A stretch of DNA of 64,000 bases from Octopus sinensis (GCF_006345805.1 NC_042997.1:197222001-197286000), one strand, 5' to 3'; numbered from the stretch's first letter, positions 13,371 to 26,558 are shown. Notes: generated by a model not told the origin, from the letters alone. Made by a program: numbers and translations.

Positions 13371-13689
13371 CAGGGTGGTCTGAAAGTCTTGTCACCACCT
13401 GTAAATATTGTTTTAATTTTCTATTATCAAGGAGAATGTTTCACAAGAGCGATACCAGAATCCCCAACAAGTGAAGGATGCTGTTTTGGCAGCCTTTGCA
13501 ACAATCACCAAAGCAAAGCTTCCTAAAATATCACACAGGACATGACGCCACATCATTTTGTACCACGAAAATGATGGCGTTCATACAAACATTCTCAAAC
13601 CAGTTACGTGCGTTTGATATTATTATATTGTTCCTCTACTGTTCTTATTACTTTTCGGTAGGGGGTGACAAGACTTCAACACCACCCTA
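13371..13689 (+). mobile_element. Tc1/mariner deletion derivative (MITE)
   Basis: TA|CAGGGTGGTCTGAAAGTCTTGTCACCACCT ... AGGGGGTGACAAGACTTCAACACCACCCTA|TA give ~30-bp TIRs and a TA TSD. The interior encodes a transposase C-terminus-like VKDAVLAAFATIT...ENDGVHT. Confidence 0.8.
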
Positions 13690-14279
13690 TAATAACTAGT
13701 CAATGTTTCTGTCAAAATAAGTTCTATTATTAGCTGCTGGATTAATCTTCTGTGGGCGTTTTATCATAGAGTGGTTATCAAACTGTCTGTTAGTAAACTG
13801 AACGTTATATTTCATTATATTTCCATTTATTAGTGATATACTCTTACATGTTAGACTTCTATATTCAGTCACTTCTGAACTACCATAACATATATTTAAA
13901 ACAAAACTGGTACTCCGTCGGTTGTTACGGCGAGGGTTCCAGTTGTCCCGATCAACGGAATAGCCAGCCCATGAAATTCGTTTCTACTCTAGGCACAAGG
14001 CCCGAAATTTTGGAGGAGGGAGACAGTCTATGAGATCGATCCAGTATGCAATTGGTACATAATTTATTGACCCCGAAAGGATGAATGGCAAAATCGACCT
14101 CGGCGGAATTTGAACTCAGAACGTAAAGACAGACAAGTCATCTCGTGAAATTAACCATACAGTCAAAATATAGTGACGATACAAGGACAGACAAAGGGTC
14201 GGGGGACGAATGGAATATAATCGATGATAAATAAGTATAAAATTCGGATGAAAAACGAAAATGAATGAAAAAATATTAT

Positions 14280-15680
14280 GAAATGAGCCACGTGGCCGAC
14301 CCCCCAGACCATATTCCAACACTGAATCCTTTGGTAGACTCTTTAATTTCTCGCTCAAACAGGTTCATTTACTCTAAATACTCTTGTTACAGTCGTCTTT
14401 TTCGAAATATTCCGTGCGACAAGCATCTTGAACCCCAAACTCGGGTGGTTACGTTTAACTGCTTTTGTTTTCAGTTTTTATTAAATTTTCATCATTAAAC
14501 ATTTTACTTACTGTATTTACTAGTTCAGATACTGTATTATGTCTTTGTAATCCACGACGGGAGGTAGGGTTTCGTATTGTACCTCCTCTCCTAACGCGTC
14601 AATTAGTGAACCAAATGTTTCTTTCAATTTTTTGTATATTTCTCTGTCAATGAATATGCATTAGGTGTATTCCGGTTTTGCCTCAGTCAGCAATCTCATT
14701 CTGATAACCGACTTAGTCTTGGTAATCATGCAGGTACTAGTAGCGTAGACTGGACCCGGTTTGTGCACACGAATCGGGGACGTGCGATACAAGTATATAT
14801 CGTATATATACAAGTATATATCGTATACATGTATATATCGTATATATCGATACAAGTATATATCGTATATATCGTGCATGCGCCAGTCAGCTCGTAGGAT
14901 CGACTGCCTACGTCTGGCTAGCGCGGATGCGCGTGTGCGCAAACCGGGTCCAGTCTACGCTACTAGTACCAATCATGCATTCGATTCCCGTTCTTTTGGC
15001 GTATGTCATCATGTAAGCCTTGTGTTTTCGGGGGGGATTTTGTATGTCTGTGTGTTTTGTCTGTTTGCACTTAGGTCTGTATTACTAAATGAGGTGCTAG
15101 AGTTAACCGGGGTGGTATCACTATTTTTTGGGTGTTTCTATTTGTGGTGTATGCCTTGTGAGTATGTCTGGTCTGTTGAATATTTGTGTGTCGTCTTCAC
15201 TGTTAATGTTTCTCTTTTTCTTTTTAGTAGTTTTCAAGGGTGACCCTGCAGCTACATCCTTTTTTTCTTTTTGGAATTTCAATGAATCCTTTTTCGTATA
15301 TGTCTTCCGAATTTCCTTCCATGATTGGAGCAGCTGTCTCGGTACTTCTCTCTGGCTCACATTGGTTTTCATTTGTTTCATTATTTAGCTCGGGGCACTT
15401 TTCTTTCATGTACTCCTTCACACCGCAGTGGTAGCAGGTGGGTGGACGACCTTCCAATACCACTCGTAATCTTTTATCTTCCGGCAACAGTATTTCTTCC
15501 GTTATCACATTTAATTCTTCTTGACTGGCTTGGACCACCATTTCCAGTCCATAACATCATCAATTCAGCTTCCTAGTTCTTGCGATATCCAATATTTTGA
15601 TTTATTCCGTTTCATAAGTTATGGCTGCTACTAACCGTGCTTCCTCTATTTCTAGCGGTATCCTGCCAACCCTGATTCTT
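14280..15680 (-). pseudogene. LINE ORF1 relic (Tx1/L1-like: RRM-like region plus zinc knuckle)
   Basis: ARIRVGRIPLEIEEARLVAAI, then LRVVLEGRPPTCYHCGVKEYMKEKCP (a C-x2-C-x4-[H>Y]-x4-C knuckle). Multiple stops and frameshifts. Confidence 0.65.
14733..14970. mobile_element. 238-bp MITE with 39-bp TIRs and 9-bp TSD (Merlin- or Mutator-like)
   Basis: The TIR GGTACTAGTAGCGTAGACTGGACCCGGTTTG(T/C)GCACACG lies at 14733-14771 and 14932-14970 with 1 mismatch. The TSD AATCATGCA lies at 14724-14732 and 14971-14979. Confidence 0.92.
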
Positions 15681-15685
15681 GCGAC

Positions 15686-15946
15686 TCAAGTTCAATTCCC
15701 GGCGACGCGTTGTGTCCTTGTGCAAGACACTTCATTTAACGTTGCTCCAGTCCACTCAGCTCGTAAAAATGAGTAGTACCTGTATTTCAAAGGGCCAGCC
15801 TTGTCACATTCTGTGTCATGCTGAATCTCCTTTAGAAGGGTACACGTGTGTGTGGAGTACTCAGCCACTTGCGCGTTAACTTCACGAGCAAGCCGTTCCG
15901 CCTCTCGCATCAGCTGGGACCCTCGTTGTCGTAACCGACAGAGTGG
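15686..15946 (+). mobile_element. Chimeric SINE: CORE-like body (family D) with family B tail type 1
   Basis: GTGTCCTTGTGCAAGACACTTCATTTAACGTTGCTCCAGTCCACTCAGCT joins GTACCTGTATTTCAAAGGGCCAGCC...GTCGTAACCGAC. Confidence 0.75.
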
Positions 15947-15968
15947 TCTGTATGTATATATATATATA

Positions 15969-16022
<54 letters not shown>

Positions 16023-16029
16023 GAAGGAC

Positions 16030-16435
16030 AGTTCAGGCAAGGCTGTATAGTTAAGAAGCTCGCTTTGTAACTGCGTGGTTTCGAGTGCAGTCACACTGCG
16101 CGTCACCTTGGGCAAGTGCCAGCCACTATACCAGTCCCTCCACCAGGCTGACCAATGCTTTGTGAGCGAATTTACTGGACGGAAACTGTGTGAAAGCCCG
16201 TTGTGTGTGCATGTATGTGTGTATGTATGTGTGTGTGTGTATTTGTTAGTTACTCCCCGCCCTCTTCACAACAGCTAGCAGTTCAGTAAAAAGGTAAATA
16301 AAACGATAAAATCAATATCGGCCTTTGAAAAATATACGTAAGTACTGGGGGCGATTTGTTCGACGAAATCCTTTTATACGGTGCTCCAGCACGGCCGCAG
16401 TCCAGTGATAGAAACAAGTATTAGATAAATGATAA
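16030..16435 (+). mobile_element. Diverged SINE A-like copy
   Basis: CACCTTGGGCAAGTG core, GGACGGAAACTG, TG tract, tail CCGCAGTCCAGTGATAGAAACAAGT. Confidence 0.7.
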
Positions 16436-18562
16436 AAGCATACTATAGTGCCGTATAGCAATGAAAGGAGTCACGATGAACGCACCAACAATTTATTTAT
16501 AATTTTTCATAGATTTTTTCTTCCCTTGCTACAAGAAACTCCAGCCAAGGAAATCTGTTTCTTGTTTTGAAATGTCACACATCATAAACGAAGCTAAAGT
16601 ATTCTTTTATTCTATCTCCATTCAACGTTGGTTACCGAATTTTCTATCTGAAACACTTCGACCTGATTCTGTGTCTACTAGACTACGAAATCTTCCTGTG
16701 TGAATACCATCTTTTGGCTGCACTTCTATTTGAAATCGCAATCTTGGTCAGTCGTTAGATAAGTGATTAAAATTTTTACTGACAAGATGTAATAAGAAAT
16801 AAAAAGCTATTTCCCTTTAAACAGTTCGGCTTCAAGCTGTCAGGTTTCGAATGACAAGTTCTATGCGAAGAAAATAATTCACTGCTGCAACTGTGTAATG
16901 TTAAAACCGCGGCTTAAGATGAAAAAAAGAAAGAAACAACAGCCAGAACTAGATCAACGTTTAACGAAATTTCATGGAGACATAATCTCCGTAAGTAAAT
17001 ACAGACATAAAAAAAGATATCAGATATAATAACAGGTGGTAGTTGAGATTTATGACACATGAACAAGCGTCCATTAACATAGTGTTTCGATTAGGCTGTA
17101 TCTATATTTTATAGGGAGCCAACCATAGCAAGTGACGTGAATTGGTCACTGATGGCAGAGAAGTCTGTCATTTAAAATTATTTCTGTGCGAAACGATTTC
17201 AGGATTGCTCTGTATGTGATAAAACCTTTAAACTCTCAGATCAGCTTTATTACATTATTCAGTGTATGAAATATTCCCTTTCATCATCTTCTAAGCTTTT
17301 CCAACAGTCGTTTTAGAGGTAACAGCTAATAATACTTGTTTCCTGCTAACAAACGGAATTACACATAGCTTCACCGTATTTGGTTTTAATACAGCATACA
17401 ATAACGTTGATTGATTTTATTAAGGTAACGCAGCGTTTTATTTTATTTCTTTATTTTTCTACAGCCATGGAACTCATAAGGCTGAGTACCACGTTTCCAT
17501 GACATGTAATTGACCGATATCCCATTTCCCTAAAAGGGACGCCGGGCTTTTGCAGGCTAGCAATTTTGAGAGGAGGGGGAGAAGTCGACGCCATTTACCA
17601 CAATATATGACTGAAACTTTAATTTATTGTTCCTGTAGAGACGAAAGGAAAAGTTGACCTCGAAGAGATTTGAACTCAAATCGTAAAGTGTCAAAAGAAT
17701 TGTCACTTAACAATTGGTCTGACATGTTAACAATTCTTCCAGCTTGTATCTACTATATTTCTTTCTACTTTATGCACAACGCCAGCAAGTTCAGGGGTAG
17801 AGAGTGAGCCGATTAAATTGACCCAGGTCCTCGAACGGTATTTCTTTTATCGACCTCGGCAATGAAAGTCGACCCCGGCGATATTTGAAATCGAAATGTA
17901 AACCCAAAAAGATGTCACTGAGCGTAATCTTACACTTGACAACCGATGTTGGTGTTTTTACGTCCCCGTAACTTAGCGGTTCGGTAAAGAGAGTTGGATA
18001 GAATATATATCTATATGTGTGTGTTTATGTGTGTGTGTGTGTAGCAAGTTCACCCACGAGACATTGCTCGGCCCATAGTAGACTATAGCAGAAGACACTT
18101 GCCCAAGGTGCCACGCACTAGAATTGAACCCGAAATCACATGGGTGTATAAATATCACGTGACTGTATAAAAACAAGAGAAGGAAGAAAGATAACTTATA
18201 CTGTAAATTCCAAACATCGTACTAGTCTGAAGCAAAATATCTACTACGATTTATTTTTAGATGAGAAATCATTCATTGGGTGATATCGAAAATAAAATTA
18301 AATCTAGATATCTAGTTACGAGAGGGCATAGTTGAATGAAAATTATGTTTTGCCAACTGATCAATCCTGCATTGAATATAACCAAACAATCTTCATGGCT
18401 TCAATTAATTGAAGTTGAATATTTAATTGTGTACAATTGTTGAAGTTACATAATTCACGTTATTTTGGAATATAACAATATTAACTTGATCGTATAAGTA
18501 CTATTTGTCCAAGCATCATGAATTAGCTGGGGGTTTTTTCTATATACACTCGTGTACGAAGA

Positions 18563-18992
18563 GTATATATATATATATATGTGTGTGTGTGTATGTATGT
18601 ATATATATATACATATATGTATGTATATATATATATATATATATATGTATATGTATGTATATATATATGTATATGTATGTATATGTATATGTATGTATAT
18701 ATGTATATGTATGTATATATAATATATATATATATATATATGTATATGTATGTATATGTATATATATATATGTATGTAGGTTTATATATATGTATGTATA
18801 TATATATATTATATATGTATGTGTATATATATGTAGGTATGTACATATGTATGTATATATATATATGTATGTATATATATATATATATGAATTTATGTAT
18901 GTATATATATATGAATGTTTATATGTATGTATATATGTATGTATACATGTATGTATATATGTATATATATGTATATATATATATGTATATAT

Positions 18993-19030
<38 letters not shown>

Positions 19031-19050
19031 GTATATATATATGAATGTAT
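18563..19050. repeat. Long degenerate (TA)/(TATG) microsatellite
   Basis: Direct inspection. It is the source of several spurious 100-180 aa ORFs. Confidence 0.97.
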
Positions 19051-19721
19051 GTATGTATGCAAACAAATACACACAAACATTTATGTATGATTTTAAAATT
19101 TGATCAGAAATATGATAGTTTAAGTGCCTATTGTGGGCATGTTTTAATATTGTTCCAAATACAATAGTTGGAATGAAATTTCTATCTTAATATACTGTAA
19201 ACCAGATAATTCTATTCTGTAAAAATAACAAACGATAATCAAATTTCATAACATTTTGAGATAACTTTACCTTACCCATTCCTTACCTGAGGATAAAACT
19301 TTATGTAAATATTATTGGCTTTCTATTAAGTTCACAGTAACTTTTGACAGACCGATTATATCTAGAAGTGCCATACTCATATATAAGATCTTGTTATATA
19401 TTTTTACAATGATACGTATAGTTTCTTTCGTTGAGAGACGAGACCAAGTTTGCCCCAGGAATGTTTTCTGAAACAGTAACATTGACATTAATGTTATTAA
19501 GTATCTTATTCAATATATGGTTTCAATAAAACCATTATAATTGGATGCCTCGCTGTATACTTTCCGAATCTCTGCACACTGAGATCGAATCCCGCAGAGT
19601 ATTGGCCTTTGTATTCATGTCGTTATATATAAAACTATTTAATAATAAACAGAGAAAACTTTTATAAAGAAAAGCAACGACAGTGAATTCTTGGCTTGGC
19701 CGCCTCTGTCAATGGAATATG

Positions 19722-20145
19722 GGCTCTATTCGGTTTGAACAGCAGTTTTTAACATAATTTCTAGGTAACTAAAAAAATTTTAAACTTCGTATACTGGTAG
19801 AATGTGTTTACAAAACATCTTTTTCTCTTGGCTTTATTGAGAAAATTCTATAGTTTGTAAGATATTTGTTGTTGTTTTTCTTCAATTTCTGCAATTTCAA
19901 CCAATCACTGAAGTCTATTGAGGTAAAAAAAATTCTGTGCCGTATGAATATGTCCCTCGTTTAAGAAAAAGATTGGGTTTATTTACATTTCTGAAGAAAA
20001 AGAGATACCCGTCCCCCCACCTCTAACCCTAACTCTAACCCTAAAACAGATTGAAATGCAATAGATTGATACTAGGGTCATAATTATGGGTGACAATTTC
20101 ATATGACACCGCTAGAAAAAATTGCCGTTCAAACCGAAAAGATCC
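19722..20145. mobile_element. ~424-bp MITE with ~29-bp TIRs
   Basis: GGCTCTATTCGGTTTGAACAGCAGTTTTT pairs with AAAAATTGCCGTTCAAACCGAAAAGATCC. Possible 8-bp TSD GGAATATG/GAAATATA (6/8). Internal CTAACC(C/T)TAA repeats. Confidence 0.75.
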
Positions 20146-20178
20146 GAAATATAGTTATACACATGTATGCACGCGCGC

Positions 20179-20222
<44 letters not shown>

Positions 20223-20860
20223 TGTGTGTGCATTTTTGCGTATATATTTTTTCGCAATAACACAAATAACATTCATATAAGCTGGAAATATAAACAAATG
20301 GATAGAGTAAAAAACATTATTAAAATATCTGCCCATCATAAGAGAAAATACTATCATCAAAGTTCATAAAATATTGATACAATTATCGTATAATTTCCAA
20401 AATATTTTCATAATGACAATATGACTAATGAGAAATTTGATTTTCCGCACATTTGTTATTATTTTGTAAAGGAAATTTTTAGAATATGCCAAGGATATTA
20501 TGATTCTTTTAAATTTTGTTCTTTGTAAATCTTTGTAACATATATACGATGATCTGAGACTACATTAATACCATCTTACGGAAGACAAAAGGATAGAATG
20601 CCATTCGAATGTTTTATGCTGTTCTTAGACAATGGAGATTGAAATAAAAATGGTGTACTTCCGTTTAACGGAAGCTGCATATTTAGAGCAAAGCCTATTT
20701 CAATAAAATGTAAAAGGATAATTTCACCAGAACGTCTTAAGTTCATAACTCCTGTAGCTTTTAAATATCTCTGAAAGCCTCGTCAATCATTGGCATTCGT
20801 ACAGAATCACTCAAACACACAGACGACATAGAGCATGCACCCACACAAATATATATACAT

Positions 20861-20905
<45 letters not shown>

Positions 20906-21325
20906 ATATATTCACTCACTCACACAGACGCATACAGATATTCCTGTATACAAAATCTATAATTGAAGCAGGTAAAACGTCAATTAGGCTTCCCAGCAAC
21001 TATGATTTAAATTGCCTTGGCAGAGGTGTTTATGAATCTTATAGTGTTAATATGGAGTATTCTGAATATGTACAGAACATCTGAAGCATTCTCATGGATA
21101 ATGGGTGGTGTGTTTAAATTAAGCTTACGTAAAATAACAGTAATACGTCAGAAACCTTCAACTGATATCCATATTCATTTTACCAAAAACCTAACAACAC
21201 ATAAAGCGATGCGCATGCAGATATGTGTATGTATGTATGTAGAGAGGTCACGAAAAACGAAAGACGAAGATAGGTGGTGTGGAAATAAAAAGATGTATTA
21301 GTATAACGCTCAGGAATTGAGAAAG

Positions 21326-21363
21326 TCTTTTACGTTTCGAGCGTTCGCTCTTCTACAGAAAGG
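21326..21363 (-). ncRNA. Minimal type-I hammerhead-like motif in a Penelope-like tail (CUGUAGA core variant)
   Basis: Minus strand reads CCUUU-CUGUAGA-A-GAGC-GAAC-GCUC-GAAACGUA/AAAG, giving stem I CUUU:AAAG, a 4-bp stem II and palindromic ACGU stem III. Confidence 0.5.
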
Positions 21364-21597
21364 GACACAGAAAAAAACAAGGAGAGAAATAAAAAGTATG
21401 TAATGGCTACCGATCTATCATGGCGACTGCCGGACAGCAGGGTCACATAGGAGTGTGAAGAAGTATATATATATACATACACACACACATATATATTATA
21501 TATATATATATATATATTATATATACATATGCATATATACATATATACATATATACATATATATATACACACAGGTACACACACACACGCACACACA

Positions 21598-21672
<75 letters not shown>

Positions 21673-22269
21673 AGAGAGAGAGAGTGAGAGATGTACATAG
21701 TTATTTGTAGCTTCAACAATAAGGAATTTCCAGATGATCGGTTGTGGTTAAGCCTCTAAATGCAATTGGAACAAATGGCAAGATTCAAAGGAAACATAAA
21801 GGCTTAAATCCGGCGAAGGTTACCTTTGCCTTCCATCCTTCGGAAATCGATAAAATATATTACAACGTCCCCTTCAAGATTGCAGGTCTTGAACATTGCA
21901 ACGGACTGGCTCCACGTTCTGTAGTACTATTATTATAGCGGTCACCTATACGCCATGGAAACCGAAGAAACAGCCTTATTTGTCCTAAGACACGAAAATG
22001 AAAAAGAAACAAACAAACAGAAAGATCAGTCGTAGAAACCAAATGCCTAGCTCATATGTACTACAAACCTAAAATCGCATGACATGAGCTAATAATAATT
22101 ACAAATATTTTTAGTCAATATCAAGAAGCACTAGACGGTTTCGTGCTGTCATGTTATGACGTAGACCAAATATATTTTACAGGCATGGTCGAGTCGACAT
22201 TTCTATCCATTAGGCAACGTGCCAAAAATCACCAAATTTTATCTGAAAATAATCTATAACTGAGTGTAA

Positions 22270-22460
22270 GAGAGCTGCTATTCTATGACAAATGCCTGTG
22301 CAGACTGACATTATTTTCGACTACAAAGAAGGAAAATGTTGTTCTCTTATAATCACCTTAATTCCTACTGACCTATGTATTTCAGTCCTTAAAGAAGAAG
22401 GGAACATTTATGAATGAAGAACAAATGCAAAGAGAGTAGTCAATGATAATTAAAGCTCCT
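22270..22460 (+). pseudogene. R4/Dong-like endonuclease-domain relic
   Basis: Frameshifted DIIFDYKEGKCCSLII..IPTD..ISVLKEE resembles the PD-(D/E)xK region of REL LINEs. Confidence 0.45.
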
Positions 22461-23031
22461 GGTTTTTAGAAAGAAAGAAATATACAAGCTTTAACATATA
22501 AAATGCATAGCAAGATACATAGAGAATTGTACGATCCACAACTGGTGCTATTATCATATAAAGCATAATTCGATGAATGAGCTTCGTAATACAATGGCAT
22601 ATATTACACACAAAACGAAAATTTAACAATGATAAAAGAAAACATAGAAAAAATACAGAAACTAATACTAAAGAACTACAATGTACTAGATTTACCGAAT
22701 CTCAACCACCAAGAAAAGATTAAAAGAAAGCCAGACATAGCCAGAAGGACATAACTACAAGTATTTGTTGTAGAAACCACGAATTAAACCATGGAGCTGA
22801 TATGAAATTATATTAATTTTCTCTTCTTATTCGTGTAGTCAATCAAAGCCGGATTATATGCAGGAGAATGAAAAGATACATGTATGTACACATATACATA
22901 TACAAATATGCATATGTATGCATATATATATAATGTCTGTACATATGTATGTATGTATGTCTATGTCTGTTTGTATGTGTGTATATTTATATGTCTATAC
23001 ATATATTTACACAGTCACACATATCATAGAA

Positions 23032-23079
<48 letters not shown>

Positions 23080-23680
23080 GTGCACACGTAAACAAGTATA
23101 TATATAATTATTTTAGGTTCATTTCTATTTTTCTGAATTCCTATGACAAGTATATGTGTATATTTCTGTGCATGTGCTTTTATACCTATTCTTATTTATA
23201 TGTGTGTGTATGTATTTTTATAGAGATGTGTGTGTGTTTGTGTGTGTGTGTTACTCTAGTTACCGTTTCTACAGGAGATATGATATAAATATGCGATGGG
23301 GGTAGCGGTTACATATAATAATTCCTGATAGCCGATTCTATATCCTTTTCTAAGCCAACAGGTTGATAACAACAAAAAAAGAACAAAAAAAAGGACAACA
23401 AAAAGAATGTATGCGATCTGATTGTAAACAAGACATCAGACCATGAATGAAAATGGAATATAATTGAGAACTGATTACAGAGATTTTAAGTTTAAATTGT
23501 TGCTAAATTTAAACAAACATATTCTAACGATTCAATAACTCTGATGAAATTGTACGCATGAAAGTAATTCTAATGCAAAAGAAGCATACACTGAATAAGG
23601 ACGAAATCTGTTATCGTAGACAAACACACGAACCAATTTCAAGTATCGTCAGAATACATGCATTGTTGTACGTATACACA

Positions 23681-23956
23681 GACATACATATCAATTTTAA
23701 TACACATCCGACAGAGCTACTAAGAGTTTCATGCTATTATGATACTTGAACAGGCATATTTATAAGCTACGCCATGTATCTTAAAGCGATCATTTAGACG
23801 TCCTTGTTTTAAATATATATATAAGGCATAAAGAGAGTCTGAAAGGTTGCTTTAAGACACATGGCGTATTTTATAAATATGCCTGTTCAAGTATTATAAC
23901 AGCATGAAACTATTGTTACTTCTTTCGGTTGTGTATTTAAATTGACATTTATCTCT
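23681..23956. mobile_element. Fold-back MITE: ~115-bp inverted arms around a ~37-bp spacer
   Basis: Arm 23690-23799 is the reverse complement of 23837-23946 at roughly 80-85% identity by eye (e.g. ATACTTGAACAGGCATATTTATAA in both). Confidence 0.85.
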
Positions 23957-24146
23957 CACTGAATGGACTACATTTTTGTTTATTCTACCTCTATGAGATC
24001 TTTTAACTAAAATTTCTTCTTATGAAAAAAATACATATTCAAATAAGTAAAACATATCATGAATAGCGATAGCGAAACCGGTCGATATATTAAAAATTAT
24101 ATTAAAACTATATAAGTGTGCGTATTTTCTTTCTTTAATTTCTTAT

Positions 24147-24228
<82 letters not shown>

Positions 24229-24252
24229 CACCACACACACACACACACACAC

Positions 24253-24283
<31 letters not shown>

Positions 24284-24339
24284 TATATATATATATATAT
24301 ATACATGTATTACAACAAAAATTTGAATTTTGTACTTAG

Positions 24340-24396
24340 AGTAACCACAGGTTTTTGTATCGTCAAGGGATTGGCTTTATGGATACGAACCCCTTG
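24340..24396 (+). CDS. Weak candidate 57-nt exon (SNHRFLYRQGIGFMDTNPL)
   Basis: TTTTGTACTTAG| ... TTG|GTAACT, open in two frames. No homology is recognised. Confidence 0.15.
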
Positions 24397-25253
24397 GTAA
24401 CTGTATATGCAAGATTTTAAGTTTTATTGTAATAATTAGTGCTCTATTCTGTAGAGTGTGATTTTTTCTTATATATGTTTTATTGATTACACACACATGT
24501 ATAATCTGTGTGTCTTTTATAGCTTGAAACGCATAAGATGCTACAAATCAATAATAGGCAAATATGGCCCCTAATGGATAGCTTCATCTACAGTAATTGA
24601 ACCGAATGTCACATGTAAAACGGTTGGACATTTATAAACCATTAAACCAAGGCAACCTTTGATGATTATTAACTGTCCATTTAGAAAACTTAATCGATGC
24701 AAACAAGAAGTGAATACATTTATTTTGCTTTCGTTCGAGTCTTTAAATTGGAAAACAAAAATTGACTAATACGATACGGAAAGCCAGTTTTTACTTTCTT
24801 TTATGGATCTGAAGAAGATAAGGGTATAGAACACTTTTTCTTGTTTCAGTCGATTGTCTATGAATCGACTGATTGACACGATTTGAACTATGGAACTAGA
24901 CTCCTCCAACATTTATCAGAACAAATATGCAAACCTTGACAACTGCTGTTGGTGCGTTTAAGTCCCTATAACTTAGCTGTTCAGCATGAGAGATCCCTAG
25001 AATAAGTACCAGTCTTTAAAAAATGTATTGGGGCCGATTCATTCGACGAAAATATATTGCAAGGTGCTGCCCCAGCATGGCCGCAGTCTAGTGACTGAAA
25101 CAAGCAAAAGATAAAACATGATATATATATATATATATATATATATATCTACCACAGTAAGCACATAAATACGAAGCAAGGTCGAAAAGTAGTACTCGAA
25201 TACCAGAGGTAGAGTAATGTGCTTTATTTAAAAGCGTCGAAAATATCAGAAAA

Positions 25254-25328
25254 ACTGTTACTCAGAGTTTTCACGTTCCCGTTGGTCCCGTTGGTCGGAC
25301 GTGAAACTGAGTAACATTTTATGTGATA
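25254..25328 (-). ncRNA. Degenerate hammerhead motif plus inverted partial copy (Penelope-like tail)
   Basis: Minus strand reads CCGACCA-ACG-GGAA-CGU-GAAAACUCUGAGUA/ACAGU (core decayed from CUGANGA). 25298-25328 is an inverted copy of its 3' half. Confidence 0.45.
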
Positions 25329-26393
25329 TAGTATCCATTACACTACCGGTATAATACTTGTGTTTAACTATGGGTATATATGCAGGCATATTATGCTCAT
25401 AAATTATAGGTAAGGACAAGGATAAACATTAGTTTATCCAGAATCAAACTTAACGAAGATAGAAAATGGAGAAATGTCGATGAACAACATTTGACTTACA
25501 TCAATTATTATTTATTAATTCAATACAAATAGATTGCATCCCATCTAACAGCTGTTTCTGCCTCCAATGTTGTATGGCATTGCCATTGATATGCTAAAAT
25601 ATTTATCATATTTGGTGATAAAATCGATCTGAAACATGGAGATTCATCAGAGTGAAGAATAAATAAAGATGAAGAGCAGAGAGAAGGAAAAGTGAAAAGT
25701 TGAATATTGTTGTAATCATACCATTTCGCATCTCTTTTATATATATACATATATGTATATGTATATGTGTGTGTTCGTATATATGTGCGCCTGTGTGTGT
25801 ATGTGTATATACATATACATGCATATATAATACTTACACACACATAGGAACATACACTTATATTCATACATATATATATATTCGTCTATGAATCTATGTT
25901 TGTGTGTGGTGTGTGACTATTCTGAGATGGTAGGGTGCATTTTGTCGGTGAAACCTTGGCTACCGTTTCTACAAACTCGGGCACATTCTCGATGATGCGT
26001 CACCTCCATGTGTGTGATCGACTCTTCAGCTTTTCCAGTGTATACACAGAATGAAGCGTGCATAAACGCATACTGCTTATGAAAATGAACATAAACATTC
26101 ATTAAACATTCATTATTGTATGCTCTCGAACTATGCATGTTTATGACAACATACATAACACTATGTGTATATATGTATGTATATATGTATGTATACATGC
26201 AGATGCATACAAGTATGCATATTCATATTCACAAAGCAAACGGGGATGCATACAATGGACACCAGTGCATACATGTACACCTATGTCTGTCGTGTATTCA
26301 TCATTTCATGTGCATACTCTCTGTCTGCAGAGATGCATTTGCATTTTCTCAAATGTGCATGCCTGTGTCTATGTCCCTTTACATATAAATGCA

Positions 26394-26394
<1 letters not shown>

Positions 26395-26484
<90 letters not shown>

Positions 26485-26501
26485 TTATCTATCTATCTAT
26501 C

Positions 26502-26557
<56 letters not shown>
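26395..26557. repeat. (CTAT)n microsatellite
   Basis: Direct inspection. Confidence 0.98.

Positions 26558-26558
<1 letters not shown>

Noticed and set aside
18505-19103. Many 100-180 aa YI/CV/HT-repeat ORFs here and throughout the window
   Set aside because: These are translations of (TA)n, (TG)n, (CA)n and (CTAT)n microsatellites.
20025-20045. CTAACC telomere-like repeats as an interstitial telomere
   Set aside because: Only about three imperfect units, inside a MITE.
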